Below are positions 1-6,536 of a DNA stretch of 36,900 bases, one piece after another; position 1 is the first letter of the stretch, and each line of letters starts with the position of its first letter. The translations under genes were made by a program, and so were the position numbers. The stretch is from a virus (Duplodnaviria; Caudoviricetes), in IMG/VR virus record IMGVR_UViG_3300004093_000031, positions 1-36,900 of that record; one strand, 5' to 3'. Under the pieces are notes generated by a model, which was not told where the DNA came from, did not search any database, and saw nothing but the letters and a program-made list of their open reading frames with translations.

Positions 1-41
1 TCACGGCGAAAACAGGGGTTCGATTCCCCTTGGGAGCGCCA
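1..41 (+). tRNA. tRNA-Glu, 3' half only (5' half outside the window); prophage integration target
   Basis: TCACGGCGAAAACAGGGGTTCGATTCCCCTTGGGAGCGCCA shows the end of the anticodon loop (..TC-AC), a T-arm AGGGG-TTCGATT-CCCCT, the acceptor strand and CCA. The pattern matches alphaproteobacterial tRNA-Glu; the first anticodon base is not visible. Confidence 0.88.
25..41 (+). repeat. att core, left copy (17 bp, TCCCCTTGGGAGCGCCA)
   Basis: Exact direct repeat of 33456..33472; equals the tRNA 3' end and lies next to the integrase. Confidence 0.93.
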
Positions 42-79
42 CCGGCGCAATTTTCTCTATCTCTGCTAGTGGCTTACCG

Positions 80-114
80 GAAGTGGGACCCTCACCCGCA
101 TCCGAAGTGGGACC
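80..114. promoter_or_regulatory. Putative integrase arm-type sites (two copies of GAAGTGGGACC)
   Basis: Direct repeats at 80..90 and 104..114. The same GTGGGACC motif recurs at 33363..33370 and inverted at 33411..33418 beside the right att. Confidence 0.65.
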
Positions 115-1164
115 ACGCTGCCCCGCGGCGAAGCGTTTCCAGGCGCTGTCGGCGAGGCCCGCGCGCTGCGCCTCGCGCGTGTACCGCTCCACCTCCTCCA
201 GCGTCTGATGGCCGGTGACGGCCATGATCTCGTGTGGCGTGCACCCGCGCTCGGCGAGTCGCGCCGCGGTCGCTTTCCGCAGGCCGTGCGCCGAGCAGTG
301 CGGCAGCCCGGCCTGGTCGCACCACTCCCGGAAGCGATTGCCGAATCCCGCCACCGAGAACGGCTTGCCGTAGTCCGTGACCAGAAAGGTCAGGTGCGTG
401 GAGGGCAGGGCGGCGATCGCCTCGGCGAGATCCGGGAACACCGGCACGTCGACCGAGATCGGCTTGCGGTGCTCATTCTTGGCTTGGACGTAGCGCAGGC
501 GGCCATCGCGGATATGCTGCGGCCCGAGGCGCGTCGCATCCTCGCGCCGGCAAGCCGTGTAGAGCAGGATAGCGAACGCGAGGCGCGGCTTCGATCCGGG
601 CGGGTGGCGTCGCTCGAACTGATCGACCTCGTCCAGCGTCCAGGTGTGATGCCCCTTGGTGACGTACTGTGCGCGCTTCACGTCCCGCGTCGGGGTCCGC
701 ATCAACGATGTCCTCCTCCATGGCCCATTGGAACATGGCCCGGAGCGCCTTCAGCATCGTGTTGGCGGCGGCCGGCGTCTCCGCCTTCTCATCCCGCAGG
801 CGACGCACGTGGCGCGGCTGCATCATGGCGAGCGGCGCCGCACCCTTGTCGCTCGCGGCAATCTCGTTCAACGCGCGCTTCTGCCAGCCCTGTGTCGAGG
901 CATCGAGCTTCTTGAAGGTCGTGCTCGCGATGTAGCGCTGCGACACGTCGACGAACGAGCCGACGGCCGGGCGACCGCCCTTAGCCGGTGTGGCCTCAGG
1001 CGCCCGGTCCCGGGCTGCCTCGTAGGCCTTCTGGAACTCGGCCGAGCCCGGCTTGCCGTGGAGGCGCACCTTCTTCTCGGGCCGCCGGCGGAAGTAGTAG
1101 CGGACGTTGCCGTGCCGATCCTTGTCGGCAATGACGAAGGGCAGATCGACGAGAACCACGGCGC

Positions 1165-1422
1165 TCAGTCCCAGGGATTCGACGCAGCATCATCGCCGCC
1201 GAGCGCATCCCACGCCAAGTCGAGGCGCCGGAGGTCCCAGACCACGCACCCGTCGATCCGCTTCGGCTTCGGCATGCGGCCGTCCCGGACCATCTCGTCG
1301 AACTTTGAGGGACTGACGCCGACATAGCGGGCCGATTCCTCGCGACGCAGGCCGCGGCGCGGGCTCACCTCGATCCGCGAGGCCGGCAGCACGGCGATCG
1401 CTTCCTGAGTGCTACGAGGCAC
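1165..1422 (-). CDS. Excisionase / AlpA-like HTH protein
   Basis: RRGLRREESARYVGVSPSKFDEMVRDGRMPKP..WDLRRLD; lies directly upstream of the integrase. Confidence 0.85.
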   Translation of the reverse strand: MPRSTQEAIAVLPASRIEVSPRRGLRREESARYVGVSPSKFDEMVRDGRMPKPKRIDGCVVWDLRRLDLAWDALGGDDAASNPWD

Positions 1423-2035
1423 TGTTCCCTCCTGGTGTGCCGGCCTTCCATAGGACCGGCTGAGCGTGATCAGGGATGCGCGAGCGGCCCCGCGCCATAG
1501 GATGGATCGGCGACCCGTCCGCGGTCAGGCCGAAGCAGTGGACGTCGGGCCAGGGCGCCTCGCCGGTGGTGATCTCCTCGATCACGTGGTCGACGAACTC
1601 GGGATCCCAGGCGCCAGCGCCCCAGCAGGCGACGACCCGGGCGGCCGCCTTCGCCTCGCGGACGAGGACCGGCAGGTTGCTGAAGTGGATCACGTCCCGC
1701 GCGTGCCAGTCCGGACCGTTGTCCATGTATTGCGCCCAGGCGCGGCACTCGGCCGGCGAGGATGTGCGCAGCGGGTAGAGGTTGACGGCGGTGAACCCGC
1801 CGTAGCCCCAAGACCGGGCGAAGTGGATCCAGCGACGTACCGTTGGGTCGTCCTGCCGGTGGTCGGCCGTGCTCGGATTGAGGCCGATGAAGCAGACGTG
1901 CCCGCCCTCGCTCGACCAGGTTCGGGTCAGTCCGAAGCGGTAGGTGCCGCAGCGGGACAGGTTGGCCGAGCGGGCGATCGTGTCGGTGAACGGCACGCCG
2001 AATAGGTCACGGGTGGCGAACGCGGCGGCGGTCAT
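1412..2035 (-). CDS. DUF1643 family protein
   Basis: CGTYRFGLTRTW, FIGLNPSTAD..DDPTVRR, VNLYPLR, HP motifs. ATG at 2035 overlaps the upstream stop codon. Confidence 0.85.
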   Translation of the reverse strand: MTAAAFATRDLFGVPFTDTIARSANLSRCGTYRFGLTRTWSSEGGHVCFIGLNPSTADHRQDDPTVRRWIHFARSWGYGGFTAVNLYPLRTSSPAECRAWAQYMDNGPDWHARDVIHFSNLPVLVREAKAAARVVACWGAGAWDPEFVDHVIEEITTGEAPWPDVHCFGLTADGSPIHPMARGRSRIPDHAQPVLWKAGTPGGNSAS

Positions 2036-2226
2036 CAAAAGATGCCATCCTGATACGTCGCCCCGCATTTCCGGCAGCGGTAGAGCTGCTCAGCGTTGAG
2101 CCAATTGTTCTGCCCCGGACGCAGGAACGGTTCGCCTTCGCGCTTCCGGTCATGCAGGCACCGATCCTGACGGATCGCCCGCACCCGTGCGACGAAAGCC
2201 CGCCAAATGTCCCGGATCGCGCTCAT
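2035..2226 (-). CDS. Small phage hypothetical protein (CxH...CxxC, possible zinc ribbon)
   Basis: Translationally coupled to neighbours on both sides; CLHD...CRKCG. Confidence 0.65.
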   Translation of the reverse strand: MSAIRDIWRAFVARVRAIRQDRCLHDRKREGEPFLRPGQNNWLNAEQLYRCRKCGATYQDGIF

Positions 2227-2405
2227 GCCGCCCCCGCGATATCAAGTGCGTCGTCCGAGGTCGGCTTTCGCAGGCCGCGGAACGGGCGCACGACGCGCTC
2301 GCCGCTGGCTCGCTGGATCAGGACGTTGCGGGGGCCGCCGCCCTTACCCCATCGCACGAGCACCACGACCGGCTGGCCGCGTTCGAGGTAGGTCCGACCG
2401 ATCAT
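2223..2405 (-). CDS. Small phage hypothetical protein
   Basis: ATGA-type coupling in the early operon; GRTYLERGQPVVVL..GPRNVLI..VVRPFRGLR. Confidence 0.7.
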   Translation of the reverse strand: MIGRTYLERGQPVVVLVRWGKGGGPRNVLIQRASGERVVRPFRGLRKPTSDDALDIAGAA

Positions 2406-2407
2406 GG

Positions 2408-2701
2408 TTAGGCGCCCCCCTTCGTGCCGCCCCAGTATTCGGTCGGCATCTCGAGCCGCCGGTCGATCACCCGCTTCAGCGCCTGGGCCGCTTGCTCGTC
2501 GCCGTAATTCGCCCGCCAGAGGTCGACGGCGGTGACGACCATGACTTGCGCGGCGATGTCAGCCTGCATGCCCTCGCTCAAGGGCTTCTCCAGCAGGTCC
2601 ATGATTCCGCGGGCGAGCTCGGTGACGTGCCGGCCCGAGACGTTCGCCATGCCCTCGGGAGGGTTGTGCCCGGCCGCGGCCTTGCGCTTTTGCTCACCCA
2701 T
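2408..2701 (-). CDS. Phage hypothetical protein
   Basis: GGAGG ribosome-binding site upstream; 2 bp from the next gene; plausible helical protein. Confidence 0.7.
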   Translation of the reverse strand: MGEQKRKAAAGHNPPEGMANVSGRHVTELARGIMDLLEKPLSEGMQADIAAQVMVVTAVDLWRANYGDEQAAQALKRVIDRRLEMPTEYWGGTKGGA

Positions 2702-2946
2702 GGCGCACCTCCCCGGCAGCCTGAAGTGTGCGGAGGGGGGGGCGGCGCCTCTGACGTCACCGCGTAGGCAAAAGCATGGTCGCCGCTACTGATATTGCCC
2801 GAAATCCTACTCTGAGTTGCGCAATCTTCGCGTAAACTATGTGACCATGGGTCACCAGAATGGATTATTGCCATTCGGCCAAAACTGATAAAACCTGTCT
2901 GCACAGTGCAACGACACTGTGCGGGAGGAGACGGAGCGACGGCGCG

Positions 2947-3135
2947 ATGATCAACGCAAGGGATCTGTGGCGCGTGCAAATCGGCAGCCGCGTGCGCCTG
3001 ACCGGCGGCGGGGAAACTTTGATAGTGCTGAGTAGTCATCAGGAGCCGGATGGCGGCGCCAAATTCCGCTGCCTCGCGCAAAGCTCCCTGAGGTACATCA
3101 CCCTCCAAGGCGCGAAGCTCGAACTGGTGGCCTAG
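2947..3135 (+). CDS. Small moron-like protein opposite to the early operon, weakly YodC/DUF2158-like
   Basis: MINARDLWRVQIGSRVRLTGGGETLIV...; purine-rich GGAG motifs upstream and a lower-GC upstream region (~2770..2900). Confidence 0.45.
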   Translation: MINARDLWRVQIGSRVRLTGGGETLIVLSSHQEPDGGAKFRCLAQSSLRYITLQGAKLELVA

Positions 3136-3178
3136 AGGCCCTCGCTCGCGCGTGATGGTGCTGGACTCGGCCATGCTG

Positions 3179-4462
3179 CTACTCCGCGATCGTGAGGGCT
3201 GGGTGGTCGGTGATGAGGAGTGGCTGCACGGACCCGTCCGAGAAGACGGCATCGAGCGGCACGTCCGCGGTCGGCTCGTCGCCGGTCCATCGCTGCGGCC
3301 ATGTGCCGGCCGCGATCAGCTCGCGGATGCGCGCCTCCTCCTCGGCGTTGAGCAGGTCGACGTGCGGCCTGCCGAGCCGGTCAGCCTCGGCGTTGCAGGC
3401 AGCCTGGATGGCGAGGATCCGGTCGAGCGCGTCGAGGCGCGCCGGCAGGGTGATCGGGCCCATGCGCTGCTGGTTCGGCACCAGCGTCCCGTCCTTGCGG
3501 GTCTCGCCGCCGGGCTGGCGCAGCCGGTTCCGGGCGAGCCGCAGCTCCCGGTAGATCGGGCGCAGGCCGAGCAGCGGCGCCAGGTACGACCATGCCGGCA
3601 GGGCGACGACCGCCTCCAGAGCCTTATCGCGGGCGGCCAGCGGGCACCCGACGCAGCCGGTGCGCGCGTTCGCCTCCTCGGCCTCGTCGCCGCCGTAGGC
3701 GTCGGCCAGCATCGCCGTTGCCCAGCCGCCATAGGCGCGCATCGGCGCGTAGACCCGCAGCCAGTCCCAGACGTTGCAGACCCGCCAGTGCAGGATCGGC
3801 GCGAGGGTCGCGAGGCGCCCGCGGACGCCCTTCATGTCGGGGAGGACCTGCTGATACCAGCCCTGGCCGCACTCGGCGCCGTCCTTCGAGCAGCTCATCT
3901 CGATCCGCTTGTCGCGGATCGCGCTCTCGCCCTGGCGGACGCCGGTGATCGTCAGCACCGTGTCGGTCTCGGGCAAGCCGGCGAGGTCCGCCTCGATCGC
4001 GGCCGCCATGGGGTCGATCTTGATCTGCCGGGTGCACCAGCGGAGCGTGTTGTTGTTCGGCGGCGGGACGCCCCGGCCCAGGATGTAGACGAGGAAGCGG
4101 CGGTCGAGCGGCGCGGTGACAACGCGCAGCCGGATCCACGGGAAGCGGGCGAGCCGCGCCATGACGTCGGCCGCGGCGATCGCGAGCGGCGTCAGCTCCT
4201 GACGGGTGTCGGCATAATAGACCGTCAGCGTCTTCGGCGGCGCGAGCCGGCCGGCCTCGATCAGGTGGACGATCAGGGTCAGCGTCGCGGTCGAGTCCTT
4301 CCCGCCAGACCACGCCATGGCCCAGTGCTCGTGCTGCGGGCCGTAGGCCTGGAGCGAGGTGAGCGTCATCTCGACAGCGTCGTCGTAGACCAGGCGCTCG
4401 GCCGTCAGCGCGAAGAGGTCGTGCTGCTTCGATCCGCGGAGGATTGGTGCGGGCGCCGTCAT
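3179..4462 (-). CDS. PAPS reductase family protein, DndC-like (PP-loop plus Cys motifs)
   Basis: AWSGGKDS, YADT, GRGVPPP...RWCTRQIKIDP, GVRQGES, RTGCVGC. Start placed at ATG 4462, coupled to the upstream stop. Confidence 0.88.
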   Translation of the reverse strand: MTAPAPILRGSKQHDLFALTAERLVYDDAVEMTLTSLQAYGPQHEHWAMAWSGGKDSTATLTLIVHLIEAGRLAPPKTLTVYYADTRQELTPLAIAAADVMARLARFPWIRLRVVTAPLDRRFLVYILGRGVPPPNNNTLRWCTRQIKIDPMAAAIEADLAGLPETDTVLTITGVRQGESAIRDKRIEMSCSKDGAECGQGWYQQVLPDMKGVRGRLATLAPILHWRVCNVWDWLRVYAPMRAYGGWATAMLADAYGGDEAEEANARTGCVGCPLAARDKALEAVVALPAWSYLAPLLGLRPIYRELRLARNRLRQPGGETRKDGTLVPNQQRMGPITLPARLDALDRILAIQAACNAEADRLGRPHVDLLNAEEEARIRELIAAGTWPQRWTGDEPTADVPLDAVFSDGSVQPLLITDHPALTIAE

Positions 4463-4668
4463 GCCGCCCTCGCATCGTTCGCCGCGACCAGGCCGCGGAT
4501 CGCCGCGCGGCCGGTGGTGACCGGCGCGACCTCGTCGTCGATAGCCGGCCGGGAGTCGCCCTCGTGGCGGTCCCGCCGGAGCGCGCCGATGGTGCAGAGC
4601 GCGATCAGCAGAAGCGACGGCAGCAGGGCGATCGCCAAGCCGAGGCCGATGAGCAGGAGCGTGCTCAT
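4459..4668 (-). CDS. Small membrane-anchored phage protein
   Basis: Hydrophobic N-terminus LLLIGLGLAIALLPSLLLIAL; coupled starts and stops. Confidence 0.65.
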   Translation of the reverse strand: MSTLLLIGLGLAIALLPSLLLIALCTIGALRRDRHEGDSRPAIDDEVAPVTTGRAAIRGLVAANDARAA

Positions 4669-5189
4669 GCGGCCACCCCATCAGTGCTCGCCGCAGGCCG
4701 CCGCTTGCGGCCCTTCGGCTTCGGCCGGTCACCGCGCTTCGCCCACTCGCGGATCTCGGGGTACGCGACGCCGGTCAGCGCGGTCCAAGCCTCGCGGCAC
4801 TGCTCCAGCGTGAACATCGCCGTGTGGCAGGCCTCGCGGGTGAGCCCCATGCGGGCGGCGAGGAAGCCGTAGACGCGGCCGCGGGCGGCGCGCTGGACGG
4901 TTTTGATGCCCTCGGCGTTGAGACGGCCATATCCGCCGGTCCGCGGGGCATCCTTCCAAAGCGGGTCGATCCTGCGGTGATGCAGGAGGATACGCGCCTC
5001 ACGCAGGGCGGCGTCGGCCGGGAAGCCCAGCGGCTCCTCGGTGCCGGGATGGCACCCGACGTAGGTGTCCTCGCAGACCGTGCAGGCCCAGATCGGCTTG
5101 TCCGCGAGGTCGGGGCGATGCGGGTAGATCTCGCGCCCGTCGGTGAGGCGGGCCGCGGTCTCGCAGATTGGGCAGATGGGGGCGCTCAA
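4665..5189 (-). CDS. DUF3268-like zinc-finger protein
   Basis: CPIC...EIYPHRPDL...CTVC..YVGCHPGT..PLG..A..LR.AR and CHTAMF; TTG start with a GGAGG RBS. Confidence 0.8.
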   Translation of the reverse strand: MSAPICPICETAARLTDGREIYPHRPDLADKPIWACTVCEDTYVGCHPGTEEPLGFPADAALREARILLHHRRIDPLWKDAPRTGGYGRLNAEGIKTVQRAARGRVYGFLAARMGLTREACHTAMFTLEQCREAWTALTGVAYPEIREWAKRGDRPKPKGRKRRPAASTDGVAA

Positions 5190-5503
5190 GCGGACCTCCC
5201 TTCGCCGCTCGCTTGGAGCGGCCGTGGATCCCGCGCGCGGAGCCGTACGCACAGGCTCCAGCCTCGGCGCAGCGGGACGAGCTCGCCGCGGCACAGCAGC
5301 GCCACGACGGTCCGGATCGGCAGGCGTCGACCGCCGCACTCGGCGCGGTAGGATGTCGGCTCGTCGCTGAGCTGCGGCCGCGTCATCCGAAACTGGCCGT
5401 GCAATCCCGGACGGCGCTGCGTCTTGCGGACCGCGATCCGGCACACGCCCGCCTCGCGGATCGTCGCCAGCACCTCGGCCTGGCGCGGGGTGAGCGGCTT
5501 CAT
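5186..5503 (-). CDS. Phage hypothetical protein (LTPRQAEVL N-terminus)
   Basis: Coupled to both neighbours in the early operon. Confidence 0.55.
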   Translation of the reverse strand: MKPLTPRQAEVLATIREAGVCRIAVRKTQRRPGLHGQFRMTRPQLSDEPTSYRAECGGRRLPIRTVVALLCRGELVPLRRGWSLCVRLRARDPRPLQASGEGRSA

Positions 5504-6108
5504 ATCCGCGCCTCCACCACCGGCAGCCCGGCGGCGCGCGCCTTGCGCACCATGTCGGCCGTGACCGCGTGCGTCGGGTGGATCTCGACGCGGTCCATCA
5601 TGGTCCGCAGCCAGGCGCCGGAGCGGTCGCGGAGCACGGCCACGACCTCGGCCGGCGCGGTCGCGAAGCCTTCGCAGCCCTGGACCGAAGCCACGTGGCT
5701 CAGGACGCGGGCGGCGACCCGCTCGGCCTTCAGGAGATCCGGGGCGAGGATCGGGGCGCCGGCGGCGGCATAGGCGGCCTTGCGGGCGGCCTGGGCGTCC
5801 TTGGCCTTGTAGTCGGGCGCCTGGATCACGGTCAGGTCGCAGCCCGCGCCGAGGACCAGCCGGTGCACGGCGGTGCCGATCTCGCGCGGCCGGGTCGGCT
5901 TGTCCTCGACCTCCTCGTCGGCCGTCCGGGGCGGCGCGAGGCGCGGGTGCGCCGCGCGGGCGTGCTCCGGGCTGTAGTCGAGCAGGACCTTCGCCAGCGA
6001 GGACGACAGACTCGGCTCGGGCGCAGGATCCGCGTGGTAGACCGCGGCCGGCATCTGATAGAGGCCGGGCTTCCTCACGCGGCCGGCTTCGTGCTTGAGG
6101 ATCTTCAC
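5500..6108 (-). pseudogene. Truncated RecE/exonuclease VIII-like PD-(D/E)XK nuclease fused to a foreign C-terminus
   Basis: PGLY..PAAVYHADP...SLSSS.AK, GTAVH.LVL and LRTMMDRV are present, but the following DLK motif is missing. The ORF ends TADMVRKARAAGLPVVE. Confidence 0.7.
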
Positions 6109-6260
6109 TGGCGCCTCCCGCCGGCCTGCCGGGCGAAGTGCGCGGACTCGGCCTTCACGGCTTCGATGTGCTCGGGGTCGTAGGGGGCGGCGATCGCGGC
6201 GGCGCAGATGCGCTGCAGCTCGTATCGGACCGCCGTGAAGGCCTCGCCGGAGGCCAGCGT
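6105..6260 (-). pseudogene. 3' remnant of an early-arm gene cut by the central deletion
   Basis: LASGEAFTAVRYELQRICAAAIAAPYDPEHIEAVKAE...; its stop overlaps the RecE-like start and it has no convincing 5' part. Confidence 0.5.
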
Positions 6261-6509
6261 GTCGCCCATCCCCAAGGGAAAAGCCGAGACCGAGGGGGGG
6301 AGCGAAGCCGACCCGGCGACCTCTCGGTCTTCATCGGCGCCGGGGCGGTCGCGGGGTTCTCGCCGGAAGAGGTCCGCCGGATGACGCTCGCCGAGTGGCA
6401 CGTCGTCATCGAGTCTTTCATCGCCGCCAACAGCCCGCCCGACGAGGGCAGCACCGAGGACGAGTTCATCGCGGTGCTGGCCGAAGAGATGGCCGCGGGC
6501 CGCGCCTGA
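6260..6509 (+). pseudogene. 3' remnant of the tail assembly chaperone (G/GT) with a -1 slippery site G GGA AAA at 6276..6282
   Basis: The 0 frame ..PKGKAETEGG.. stops at 6384. The -1 frame encodes GFSPEEVRRMTLAEW.. and ends 27 bp before the tape measure gene. Confidence 0.72.
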
Positions 6510-6536
6510 CCGCCCGACCACAGCAGGATCGCCGAC

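Larger units (their letters stand above)
1..1159 (-). pseudogene. int: Tyrosine recombinase/phage integrase split by a 1-base insertion near 692..695
   Basis: The N-half (DRHGNVRYYFRR...AMFQWA..IVDADP) is in ORF 473..1159. The catalytic half (LLYTACRREDA, HGLRK, GHQTLEEVERY) is in ORF 1..705. Removing one base from the GGGG run restores DADPTRDVK. Confidence 0.88.

Noticed and set aside
3179-4462. Complete Dnd/Ssp phosphorothioation defence system
   Set aside because: Only a DndC-like gene is present; no partner modification or restriction genes are in the window.
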